This document shows positions 38,575 through 47,145 of a DNA stretch of 64,000 nt, one piece after another. Below the pieces are notes generated by a model. That model was not told the origin of the DNA, did no database searches, and saw only the letters and a list, made by a program, of their open reading frames with translations. Position numbers and translations under genes: made by a program. Position 1 is the stretch's first letter, and the number at the start of each line of letters is the position of its first letter. Source of the DNA: Bacilli bacterium (GTDB taxonomy: Bacteria; Bacillota_I; Bacilli_A; RFN20; CAG-826); the NCBI GenBank assembly GCA_017635465.1, contig JAGBLL010000041.1:17685-81684 (forward strand), in the 5' to 3' direction.

Positions 38575-38985
38575 TTAGTCAACGACTTCAACGCCCATAT
38601 TGTTGGCGCTGCCTTCAACGATCTTCATAGCTGCCTCAATGTCTTCGCAGTTGAGATCTGGGAGCTTGTACTCAGCAATTTGTTTGAGTTGAGCTCTGGT
38701 AATTTTACCAACATTGCCTTTACGGCCAGTGGCACTACCTTTTTGGATTCCAGCGGCTTTTAAGATTAAACCCGCTACTGGAGAGGTTTTGATGACGAAG
38801 TCACAGGACTTGTCTTCATAAGCTGTGATGATAACAGGAACGATTTCACCTTTTCTGTCGGCGGTCTTGGCGTTAAAGTCTGTACAGAATTTACCCATGT
38901 TGACACCAGCAGAAGCGAGTTTTGGACCTGGCTTTGCTTCACCGCCAGGAAGTTCCATCTTCACGACTTTTGCGATTTTCTTCAC
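38575..38985 (-). CDS. rplK: 50S ribosomal protein L11, GTG start
   Basis: AGGAGG lies 7 nt upstream of GTG 38983-38985, giving (M)KKIAKVVKMELPGGEAKPGPKLASAGVNMGKFCTDFNAKT... The 54 upstream codons of the tracked ORF are a spurious extension through the leader. Confidence 0.85.
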   Translation of the reverse strand: MKKIAKVVKMELPGGEAKPGPKLASAGVNMGKFCTDFNAKTADRKGEIVPVIITAYEDKSCDFVIKTSPVAGLILKAAGIQKGSATGRKGNVGKITRAQLKQIAEYKLPDLNCEDIEAAMKIVEGSANNMGVEVVD

Positions 38986-39105
38986 TTGACTTTCCTCCTT
39001 TTGTAGATTTGTCAGTGCCGTGGTATTTTTGAGTGATCGCCACTCTTCCACGGAACGTACTGTTTCACACGTGCGCTTGCGCTCTCTCATGGCGCAAGAC
39101 AACAT
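38986..39105 (-). promoter_or_regulatory. Structured, locally GC-rich 5' leader of rplK-rplA (possible L1 autoregulatory site)
   Basis: Minus-strand hairpins CTTGCGC-CATGAGAGA-GCGCAAG and CCGTGG...(GAGTG-GCGA-TCACTC)...CCACGG, between the candidate promoter and the SD. The function is inferred only. Confidence 0.3.
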
Positions 39106-39113
39106 GCTCATAT

Positions 39114-39143
39114 ATACTATCAAAATACGTATGTACGTTGCAA
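39114..39143 (-). promoter_or_regulatory. Candidate promoter of rplK-rplA
   Basis: Minus strand TTGCAA-18 nt-TAGTAT, with TGA immediately upstream of the -10 (extended -10). Confidence 0.4.
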
Positions 39144-39189
39144 GCACTTTTTAAAAAATAAGTTTTAGTGTGCGAAAAAATTATACTTG

Positions 39190-39207
39190 CAAATCATTAA
39201 TGATTTG
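39190..39207. promoter_or_regulatory. Perfect 18-bp palindrome between divergent promoters (candidate operator)
   Basis: CAAATCATTAATGATTTG is its own reverse complement. It ends 7 nt upstream of the ktrB -35 element. Confidence 0.35.
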
Positions 39208-39214
39208 TTTTTGT

Positions 39215-39243
39215 TTGACTTTTATAGACACAAAGTGTATTAT
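39215..39243 (+). promoter_or_regulatory. Candidate sigma-A promoter of ktrB-ktrA
   Basis: TTGACT-17 nt-TATTAT, 23 nt upstream of the ATG at 39267. Confidence 0.5.
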
Positions 39244-39266
39244 ATCGGCAGCAAGAAAGCAGAAAT

Positions 39267-40703
39267 ATGATTCGTAAAAATAGAAAATTAAACCCATATT
39301 TAATGCTCATTATCTCATTCATGGGAATTGTGCTCGTCGGATCTTTTATCCTTTCGATGCCTTTTGTTTTTAGAGACAATCCAAAAAACGAATGGTGTCA
39401 TGTTGGCACATATCTTGATGCGTTTTTTACTTCTCTTTCGGCGATGAGCTTAACTGGTCTAACCACTTATCCTGAAGGCTTAGTCAACACGCTTAATGGC
39501 GTTGGTCAAACAGTGGTCATTATCTTAGTACAAATTGGTGGTTTAGGCATCGTTACAATATTAACCTTCTTATTTAGTATTTTTAAAAGAAAAATTCAAT
39601 TCCGTGATCGTCTTTTAATCTCGCAAGCTATTGCCTTTAATAACATTGGTGAAATCGTGAGATTCGTGAGACGCTTAATTATTATTACCGCTGTTTGTGA
39701 AGTCTTAGGTTTTGGTCTTGGAATACCAGTGTTTTTACAGCTCTTCCCTAACGATTTACCAAAAGCATTTGCTTATTCGTTATTCCATTCAATCTCATCT
39801 TTTAATAACGCTGGCTTTGATTTATTCAGTTCAACGAATTCTTTAATTGGTGGATTATTCACCAATAATGGTGGCGCGATTTTAGCGGATAATTGGTTAT
39901 ACTACTATTTCAATATTTATAACGCTGTTTTATCACTTCTTGGTGGTATCTCTTTCTTAGTTATTATTGACGCTGTTTTTGAACGTAAATCACCACGTAG
40001 GTGGACATCATTTTCTAAGATGGTTTTAACAATGGCGGGTGTATTAATTATCACTATGTCCGCTGCATTATTTTTAACTGATGGATTAAAGAAAGATAAC
40101 CCAATGAATCTCTTCCAAGTGGTGATGACAGTCATTAACTGTCGTACCGCTGGTTATAGTGTTTATCCGCAAGCAGAGATTTCTTTACCAGGAAGAATTA
40201 TTTGTGGTGTCATGATGTTCATTGGTGGTTCACCACTTTCCACAGCGGGTGGTATTAAGGTCACCACTATTTTCATTATTATCATGTCTATTCTTTCTTA
40301 CTTTAGGGGCAAGCGTATCGCTGTGTTTAAGCGTAACTTCTCTGATGATATTATCGCTAAGAGTATGAGTTTGGTCTTTATCGTTGTGACCATCATTATC
40401 TTATCGTTTGTTTTAATTACTCTATTTGGCGTGACTGAACTTAAAGGTTACACAATGAATCCAGAATTAGATAATCAATTAGCGAGTATTTATTTATTCT
40501 CTGCCTTCTCGTTCTTCGCTAATGTTGGTTTCTATACTGGTGTCGAGCCATTCCTATCTATTGGGGCAAAAATAGTTTTATGTTTCTTAATGTTACTAGG
40601 TCATTTAGGACCAATGACATTTTTCCAATTATTCCAAAATAATTTAGACAAAAAAGCCAATGTGCATTATAGTTTTGTTGAGGAAGATATTTTAATCGGT
40701 TAA
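39267..40703 (+). CDS. ktrB: Potassium uptake protein, TrkH/KtrB-family membrane subunit
   Basis: 478 aa and polytopic, with repeated selectivity-filter-like segments (LTGLTT, NAGFD, TAGYS, TAGGIKV). Confidence 0.85.
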   Translation: MIRKNRKLNPYLMLIISFMGIVLVGSFILSMPFVFRDNPKNEWCHVGTYLDAFFTSLSAMSLTGLTTYPEGLVNTLNGVGQTVVIILVQIGGLGIVTILTFLFSIFKRKIQFRDRLLISQAIAFNNIGEIVRFVRRLIIITAVCEVLGFGLGIPVFLQLFPNDLPKAFAYSLFHSISSFNNAGFDLFSSTNSLIGGLFTNNGGAILADNWLYYYFNIYNAVLSLLGGISFLVIIDAVFERKSPRRWTSFSKMVLTMAGVLIITMSAALFLTDGLKKDNPMNLFQVVMTVINCRTAGYSVYPQAEISLPGRIICGVMMFIGGSPLSTAGGIKVTTIFIIIMSILSYFRGKRIAVFKRNFSDDIIAKSMSLVFIVVTIIILSFVLITLFGVTELKGYTMNPELDNQLASIYLFSAFSFFANVGFYTGVEPFLSIGAKIVLCFLMLLGHLGPMTFFQLFQNNLDKKANVHYSFVEEDILIG

Positions 40704-40717
40704 AGGAGAATTCTTTT

Positions 40718-41401
40718 ATGGCTAAAAAATCATTCGCAGTTATCGGTTTAGGCCAATTCGGTATTAGTGTCGTTGAAGAATTAGTAGAAAACGGCATGGA
40801 CGTTATCGCTATTGATAGTGATGAAGAAGCGGTCAAAAAGGTTAGTGTTTTACTTCCTACTGTTGCCGTTGCTAATAGTACAGATGAAGAAGCGTTAAAA
40901 GAGCTTGGTGTTAAAGATGTTGACGCCGCTATTGTCGCTTTCGGTTCACATATAGAAGCAAGTATTTTAACTACAGTTATTCTTAAAGAATTTGGTGTTA
41001 AATCAATCATCGTTCGTGTTGATGATGCTTACTACATGCCAATTATGAAAAAGTTAGGCGCTACTGAAGTCATCATGCCTCAAAAGGCAGCGGGTGTTGC
41101 CCTTGCTAATAGATTAGGTAACGAAGACTTTAAAGACTTCTATAAACTTAATGATAAGTTCTCAGTTGTTTCTATCGTCGTTAATAGTGCTTATGTCCCT
41201 GAACAATTGAAAGATTTATCATCTAAGGATAAATATGGCGTTAACGTCGTCTTAATCGTTCGTAACGGCCGTTCTTTCGTTCCTGGTGGTAACGACTCAT
41301 TATTGCCAGATGACACCATCTTCGTTGTCGGTGGCACTAAAGAAATTAGAAACTTCCGTGAAGCCATCAACGGCTTAAAGAAGAAAAGAAAAGCTGCATA
41401 G
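40718..41401 (+). CDS. ktrA: Potassium uptake protein, TrkA/KtrA RCK-domain subunit
   Basis: 227 aa. Rossmann motif VIGLGQFG and an RCK_N plus RCK_C pattern. Confidence 0.85.
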   Translation: MAKKSFAVIGLGQFGISVVEELVENGMDVIAIDSDEEAVKKVSVLLPTVAVANSTDEEALKELGVKDVDAAIVAFGSHIEASILTTVILKEFGVKSIIVRVDDAYYMPIMKKLGATEVIMPQKAAGVALANRLGNEDFKDFYKLNDKFSVVSIVVNSAYVPEQLKDLSSKDKYGVNVVLIVRNGRSFVPGGNDSLLPDDTIFVVGGTKEIRNFREAINGLKKKRKAA

Positions 41402-41414
41402 TTTAGACAAAAGT

Positions 41415-41446
41415 AAAACCAACTCGGTCAGCGAGTTGGTTTTTTG
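41415..41446. terminator. Convergent rho-independent terminator shared by ktrA and nusG
   Basis: 10-bp stem AACCAACTCG/CGAGTTGGTT, 5-nt loop, followed by TTTTTG on the plus strand and preceded by an A-rich tract. Confidence 0.7.
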
Positions 41447-41465
41447 TTGCTTGTTATTAACAAAC

Positions 41466-42077
41466 TTAGATTTTATCAATTTCAGAGAAGTCGACTTCCA
41501 CTTTAGTTGATCTACCAAAGAAGATTGTTTCAAGTTCAACGACTTTGGTATCACGATTGATGGAAAGAATACGACCTTCGGTGCCTTCTAATGGACCATG
41601 GATAACTCTGACGTAATCATCAACACTGTAACGATCGAACATATCAGCGTCGATTTCACCCATTCTCTTAAGAACTGGTTCAATTTGTTCACGAGGAACT
41701 GGGAATGGTTTTGTACCTTTACCAGAGGAACCGACGAAGCCGGTAACACCTGGAGTATTACGTACGACATACCATGCGTAGTCAGTCATGATCATTTCAA
41801 CGAAGACATAACCAGGATAGAGATTTTTCATTCTGGTTTTTTCTGTTGGAACACCATCTTTCATCACTGGGACTTCTTGTTCCGCGACAATGATACGGAA
41901 GATTAAGTCTTGTAATCCCATTGATTCAACACGACGTTTTAAGTTTTCTTTGACTTTGTTTTCGTGTGTGGAATAAGTATTAACAACGTACCAAGCTTTT
42001 TCACCTAATGTGACATTAGAGGATTCGCCTTCACTTAAATCGGTAGTACTATCTGTAAATTTAATTTCGTCTGCCAT
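41466..42077 (-). CDS. nusG: Transcription termination/antitermination factor NusG
   Basis: 203 aa. WYVVNTYSTHENKV NGN domain and a C-terminal KOW domain. N-terminal acidic extension of ~25 aa. Confidence 0.93.
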   Translation of the reverse strand: MADEIKFTDSTTDLSEGESSNVTLGEKAWYVVNTYSTHENKVKENLKRRVESMGLQDLIFRIIVAEQEVPVMKDGVPTEKTRMKNLYPGYVFVEMIMTDYAWYVVRNTPGVTGFVGSSGKGTKPFPVPREQIEPVLKRMGEIDADMFDRYSVDDYVRVIHGPLEGTEGRILSINRDTKVVELETIFFGRSTKVEVDFSEIDKI

Positions 42078-42088
42078 AGTAACCCTCC

Positions 42089-42280
42089 TTATTTGTTGAA
42101 TGTGTTCTTAAGAACATCAATCAAGCTCTTACCTAAAGCATCTTCTCCCATTAAGAGTAAGCCAGTAATAGCCGCGATAATAACAACGACAATAATTGCA
42201 GGCACTAAAACATCTCTCTTAGGCCAACGAACACGTTTGCCTTCTTTGATAACGTCTTGAGTAAATTTCTTCACACCCAT
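42089..42280 (-). CDS. secE: Preprotein translocase subunit SecE
   Basis: 63 aa, a single TM helix, position between rpmG and nusG, GGAGG SD. Confidence 0.85.
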   Translation of the reverse strand: MGVKKFTQDVIKEGKRVRWPKRDVLVPAIIVVVIIAAITGLLLMGEDALGKSLIDVLKNTFNK

Positions 42281-42292
42281 GAGAAGACCTCC

Positions 42293-42439
42293 TTATTTAC
42301 TAATCTTATGAAGCGTCATCTTATTACAACGCTTACAGAATTTTTTGATTTGAAGGTTTTTTGCACCTTCCTTTTTAATTGTGGTTGTGTAGTTACGTGA
42401 GAGGCACTCTTCGCAAATCAAAAGAACTTTTTCTCTCAT
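42293..42439 (-). CDS. rpmG: 50S ribosomal protein L33 (not in the ORF track because it is under 60 aa)
   Basis: The minus strand reads [48 protein letters not shown]. It has the CxxC...CxxC pattern typical of L33 and sits upstream of secE. Confidence 0.85.
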   Translation of the reverse strand: MREKVLLICEECLSRNYTTTIKKEGAKNLQIKKFCKRCNKMTLHKISK

Positions 42440-42540
42440 CTTTAACCCCCCTATCACAATTAACTTTTAATACCTTATCACTCCTGTATTTTTTTGTAAA
42501 GAAATTTTAATTATCTTTACATGAAAATAATCGCTCATCA

Positions 42541-42705
42541 TCAGTGCTCCAACACTTTGATAATGATGAAACAAACGATGATAAGCACCATTAAAACACC
42601 CATGATAATCGCTATCGCCCAAGGAAAATGAATTGTTTCTCTTTTGTTATCGATAGGATAGGATTCGGTTGGTTCTAATTCTTCATCTTTTCTTTCTTCG
42701 CTCAT
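42541..42705 (-). CDS. Small membrane protein (54 aa), unannotated in the ORF track
   Basis: Its ATG overlaps the TGA of the upstream gene (ATGA at 42702-42705). It reads MSEERKDEELEPTESYPIDNKRETIHFPWAIAIIMGVLMVLIIVCFIIIKVLEH: an acidic N-terminus plus one TM helix. Confidence 0.5.
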   Translation of the reverse strand: MSEERKDEELEPTESYPIDNKRETIHFPWAIAIIMGVLMVLIIVCFIIIKVLEH

Positions 42706-43463
42706 AAATTTCCTCTCACAAAATCGTTCTTGGTGAATCTTTGGAATGTTGAAATAAACATCGTATCAAGCATGACATTGAAAAACATCGTGACCGCTTG
42801 AATGAGAATAATTGCTGGGAATGAGGCAAAGCCAAATGCCCACGCTTTCATCACTGAACCAAATAACAAAATCACAAAGAAATCACATAAGAAAGAAGCA
42901 AAGCAAATATGCAAAGGACTAATTAATGGGTTTTCATCTTTCCCTTTGTAGAAAATAGAAAAGAGAATTAGTCCAATAAATATCAATCCAGAAACAACTG
43001 GTATAAGGATTTTTGCAAATAGAGGTGTGTCGTAAATGTTAGAAAAAAGAATGAATAAGACAACAGCGACCCAAATCAAAGAGAAAGAAGCAATCTCGAT
43101 TCCAAGAATTAATTTCTTACTTTTCAGCGAGAACACAAACGAGAAAACAAAATAGGAAACAAATCCTAGCAAAGTGTAAATCGCTGTGATTTGTAAGAAA
43201 GGTGGATAAGTACGAGGATCAAAAATTAGATAACCAAGTAAGTCACTACCCATGCCCACAAGCGCACCATAGATTGGACCAAGTAAAACTGAGGCAAACA
43301 TGATGAGTGCTGGGCCACCAAAAGAAAGACGAGCAAAAGGGGCAAAGGCCAAATAATTAACCGCCACAACTTTTTGTAAAATGACAGTTAACGCCATGAA
43401 TAAACCCGCAAGGCAAATCTTTTTAATTGGGGAGATATTTGTCTTAATTAATGTAAATTTCAT
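42702..43463 (-). CDS. folT: ECF-transporter S component, folate-family-like
   Basis: Start at ATG 43461-43463 (MKFTLIKTNISPIKKICLAGLFMALTVIL), after the folC stop. Six or more TM helices. RLSFGGP...LLGPIYGALVGMGSDLLGY pattern. Adjacent to folC. Confidence 0.55.
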   Translation of the reverse strand: MKFTLIKTNISPIKKICLAGLFMALTVILQKVVAVNYLAFAPFARLSFGGPALIMFASVLLGPIYGALVGMGSDLLGYLIFDPRTYPPFLQITAIYTLLGFVSYFVFSFVFSLKSKKLILGIEIASFSLIWVAVVLFILFSNIYDTPLFAKILIPVVSGLIFIGLILFSIFYKGKDENPLISPLHICFASFLCDFFVILLFGSVMKAWAFGFASFPAIILIQAVTMFFNVMLDTMFISTFQRFTKNDFVRGNL

Positions 43464-43471
43464 ATTAACCT

Positions 43472-44692
43472 CTATTGTAGGTTTTGTTTGATGTAAGCAG
43501 CGAATGCTAAAGAGCCAGTAACTAAAATGCAATCATCAGGATATTTTTCCATCAATTCTTTAAGCGCCGCAATGGCGTCTTCTTTGAATGCATAGTCTTC
43601 CATATATAAGAAGAATTCCTCTTCTTTTCTTGCTCTTTCATGTGGGAATGTTGTTAAAGTAATGTCTTTACTATATTCACCTAAATAGGCAATCATTCTT
43701 TCAATATTTTTATCTCTAAAACAGGCGAATAAAATATGTATTTCACGATTTTGAGCGACGTTTTGCAAAGATTTTACAAGGTTATTGACACCTTCTGGGT
43801 TATGAGAACCATCTACAATAAGAAGTGGCTTTTCTTTTAATATTTCCATTCTTACTGGCATATATGTATTAGCCAATCCTTCTTTAATAGATTGTTCACT
43901 AACATTGAAGCAATCATTAAGTTTATTAACAACTTCTAAAGCGATACAAGCATCTTTTAAAGAATATGTGGCAGCGGAATTAATTCTTAAATTATCAAGC
44001 GTACCATATGCAAAATTAAAGCCTTTATTTTCATACACTACTTTTGCAGGTTCAACCGCTACTGAAAGTTGTGAGTTATTTTCCTTTGAAACTTCCACGA
44101 TTGTGTTAATAGCTTCTTCATCTAAGATACCAGTAATGACAGGAACTTCTCTTTTAATAATGCCAGCTTTTTGGTAAGCAATTTCACAAATAGAGCGACC
44201 TAAGAAAGCAGTGTGCTCTAGGCTAATTGAAGTGATGACAGAAGCGATTGGAGTAAAGATATTTGTAGCGTCGATTTCACCACCCATACCACATTCAATA
44301 ATCGCAATATCACACTTCTGTTTTTCAAAATAAGTTAAAGCAATAAATGTTTGAATCTCAAATGGAGATAAAGAGTATTTATCTATGAGCTTAGCGTTAT
44401 GTTCAATGATTTCCACCATTTCTTCATCGCTAATATTTTGTCCATTAACATTAATCATTTCATTAACGATTTCTAAATATGGAGAAGTAAATAAACCAAC
44501 TTTATAGCCTTGAGCACGATAGATATTAGCTAAATAATTAGCGGTACTACCTTTACCATTACTACCAGCAATATGAATAGAAGGAATCTTATAAGAAAAA
44601 TTGACTTTGTTAAGGAAAGAGTCAAAGTTTTCACGTTGGTATTCGCCATGACCAACTTTATCGAAATATGTTTTTAAATCAATTTTGCTCAT
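43472..44692 (-). CDS. folC: Folylpolyglutamate synthase / dihydrofolate synthase
   Basis: Mur-ligase P-loop HIAGSNGKGST. I prefer the ATG at 44690-44692 (GGAG 9 nt upstream, just after the smpB stop) over the ATG at 44707. Confidence 0.85.
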   Translation of the reverse strand: MSKIDLKTYFDKVGHGEYQRENFDSFLNKVNFSYKIPSIHIAGSNGKGSTANYLANIYRAQGYKVGLFTSPYLEIVNEMINVNGQNISDEEMVEIIEHNAKLIDKYSLSPFEIQTFIALTYFEKQKCDIAIIECGMGGEIDATNIFTPIASVITSISLEHTAFLGRSICEIAYQKAGIIKREVPVITGILDEEAINTIVEVSKENNSQLSVAVEPAKVVYENKGFNFAYGTLDNLRINSAATYSLKDACIALEVVNKLNDCFNVSEQSIKEGLANTYMPVRMEILKEKPLLIVDGSHNPEGVNNLVKSLQNVAQNREIHILFACFRDKNIERMIAYLGEYSKDITLTTFPHERARKEEEFFLYMEDYAFKEDAIAALKELMEKYPDDCILVTGSLAFAAYIKQNLQ

Positions 44693-44693
44693 A

Positions 44694-45152
44694 CTAGTCT
44701 TCTCCATTCCTAATGCTGCGTTTAATGTCTCTTTGTTTAATCGTTTCTCTCTTGTCGTAAAGTTTTTTACCTTTAGCTAAGGCGATTTCGATTTTAGCTT
44801 TGCCTTTTTTAAGATAGACACGAGTAGGAACAATTGTGTAACCATCACGTTTAATCTTTTCTTCAAACCATTTAATTTCCTTTTTGTGAAGCAATAACTT
44901 TCTAGTTCTTAAAGGATCGTGATTAAAGATGTTGCCTTTATCGTATGGATTGATGTGCATGTTAAGAACTTCCATCTCTCCACTTCTAATAACGATATAA
45001 GAATCATTTAAAGAGCAACCATGGGTTCTGAGTGATTTAATTTCAGTGCCTTTTAAAACAAGGCCACATTCAGTGAATTCACTAAGAAAATAATTGAAGT
45101 GGGCCTTCTTATTACTCGTAATGATTTTAATGCCTGTTTCTTCCTTGCTCAT
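44694..45152 (-). CDS. smpB: SsrA-binding protein SmpB
   Basis: 152 aa. NKKAHFNYFL...GTEIKSLR...LLLHKKEI pattern. Confidence 0.93.
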   Translation of the reverse strand: MSKEETGIKIITSNKKAHFNYFLSEFTECGLVLKGTEIKSLRTHGCSLNDSYIVIRSGEMEVLNMHINPYDKGNIFNHDPLRTRKLLLHKKEIKWFEEKIKRDGYTIVPTRVYLKKGKAKIEIALAKGKKLYDKRETIKQRDIKRSIRNGED

Positions 45153-47008
45153 CGTTGAACCTCATCGTCATTATTTCTTATCAATTTACTAAACTTACTA
45201 TTAAAGAACGAGAATAACAAGTAATTGTTTTTCTCATTCAACAAATGTAACCCAAAAATATACAAAACGAAAACAAATATTGTGAATAATAACGTGGAGA
45301 ATAAATCAAACGTGAATATGAAGTGTGAAATAGCACCAGTGAGCATACCAATGGCTAGTGTTAGTAATAAAACAAATAGATGCTCATTAGTGGGCATAAT
45401 GTTTATCGATTTATTACCATGAACAGAAATAACAACTGGAACAATGAATAACGCGATTAAAAGAACACCAATGACAATAAAATAAGCGAGAAGTACACCA
45501 CTATTCGTTAAAATATAAGATGTAGTAAATGTGCAAATAAAGGCTACGATTAAGCCCATAATCATCGCGCTAATAAACTGACAAATCATTTCTTTATTCG
45601 CTACCATGTCGCTTATTTGCTGTTTATTTAGATCTTCCTCTAATTCATTGAAATACTTTTCTTTTGTGTATCTCGTGACAGGTAAATAGAAAACAATTGT
45701 TAAATACATTCCCTGGATATTTGGAGTGAAAAACAGTGTTGATTCTGAGATACTGTGACCGAATATCGCAAAAAGGCATAAAGAATGAATAAAGGCGATA
45801 CGGTATTGTTTTTGCTTCACTAATTTAACAACGCCAATAGCAAACGGGATAAAAGCTGAAGCATAGAATAACAAACCGACAATGCCATGCCTTAATACTA
45901 TTTCGAATAAACCATTGTGCGCGCTTCTGATTGTTGTACCTAGCTGCATTATTTCGTAATACTTAGCAAAAATAGCGTTTCCTGTTTTATATCCACAGCC
46001 AAACATAAAGTCAACTGGATCATTAATTAATAGATGGTAAATAGCTGACCATATCCATCTTCTTTCAGTTAATGTGCCATAATCCTTATGCAAAACATTG
46101 GTGTCGAAATAGGAAACAATACTTAGTCCTACAGACGTTTTCAGAGCAATAGCTATTGCTAACAAGCTCATTGTGAGAACAATTATGCCTACAAAAGTTG
46201 ATAACAAAAAAACGCCCTTTCTTTTATTATTACGAAGCGCTGAAACAATTTCATAAAGCGTATAAATAACAATGATGAGAAATCCAATGAAAGTCGATGT
46301 TGCTGAATACGTAAATACAATCATAATGAAAAAGAAAAGCATCAATATGTAGTAAAACAAGTTGAACCTTTTTATGCTTAACACAATACATGAGAGAATG
46401 CTGATTAAAAGAAGCATCGCCCAAACATTACTGTTGTATAGAAGAAACATCATACCGCCTTTAACATATTCAGTCGGGTTGGTCAAAATCATTACAATAT
46501 CTTCAAATTCAATAAATATATCTATAACTGCGCAAATAGCAGTTCCAATTACATAAACAAATGGAGCCCATCTCAATAACTTCTTTGAGACAGAATAGCG
46601 ATTAAACATAAACAGGAGAACATACAAAACAACGCACCAAATCACTACTTGTAAGGAATAGGATAGTTTGTCAGAAACGGAAAAAGAGATTGATTCCACA
46701 TAAAAAATGCTCGGATTATCAAACACTCTCGTTCCTTGCCACCAAATTGTTGTAATAGAAATTAATCCGAACACAGCTATCACTGAAAGCAATAACTTGT
46801 CAAAAGTGACCTTGTTCTTTTTATGCTCAAGGTAAAAATAAAATGCTAAAACAAAGATCACAAATAACGAAAGCATAATTAAAGAATCGTTATTCATACC
46901 TCCCATATGATCGCTAGAGAAGAAAGCAAAGTTCTCCGCTAGCATACAAGAGAAAATAATAGCGAACCAAAAGAGTATATATGTCAATGTGTATTTTAAT
47001 TTGCCCAT
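45149..47008 (-). CDS. Polytopic membrane protein of the O-antigen ligase/polymerase (Wzy_C-like) family
   Basis: 619 aa with more than 12 TM helices. RSAHNGLFEIVLRHGIVGLLFY matches the Wzy_C loop pattern. Its stop overlaps the smpB start (ATGA). Confidence 0.55.
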   Translation of the reverse strand: MGKLKYTLTYILFWFAIIFSCMLAENFAFFSSDHMGGMNNDSLIMLSLFVIFVLAFYFYLEHKKNKVTFDKLLLSVIAVFGLISITTIWWQGTRVFDNPSIFYVESISFSVSDKLSYSLQVVIWCVVLYVLLFMFNRYSVSKKLLRWAPFVYVIGTAICAVIDIFIEFEDIVMILTNPTEYVKGGMMFLLYNSNVWAMLLLISILSCIVLSIKRFNLFYYILMLFFFIMIVFTYSATSTFIGFLIIVIYTLYEIVSALRNNKRKGVFLLSTFVGIIVLTMSLLAIAIALKTSVGLSIVSYFDTNVLHKDYGTLTERRWIWSAIYHLLINDPVDFMFGCGYKTGNAIFAKYYEIMQLGTTIRSAHNGLFEIVLRHGIVGLLFYASAFIPFAIGVVKLVKQKQYRIAFIHSLCLFAIFGHSISESTLFFTPNIQGMYLTIVFYLPVTRYTKEKYFNELEEDLNKQQISDMVANKEMICQFISAMIMGLIVAFICTFTTSYILTNSGVLLAYFIVIGVLLIALFIVPVVISVHGNKSINIMPTNEHLFVLLLTLAIGMLTGAISHFIFTFDLFSTLLFTIFVFVLYIFGLHLLNEKNNYLLFSFFNSKFSKLIRNNDDEVQR

Positions 47009-47145
47009 ATGTTGTTAAATATACTTCAGTGACTGTCTCATGGGTATTATACACATAAGACAGTATTTTTCCCACATTTCTTTTGATGTAGAGATAATTA
47101 ATGTTAGGTATGCACAAATTTCATCTTTCTTGCTATCATAATGGC

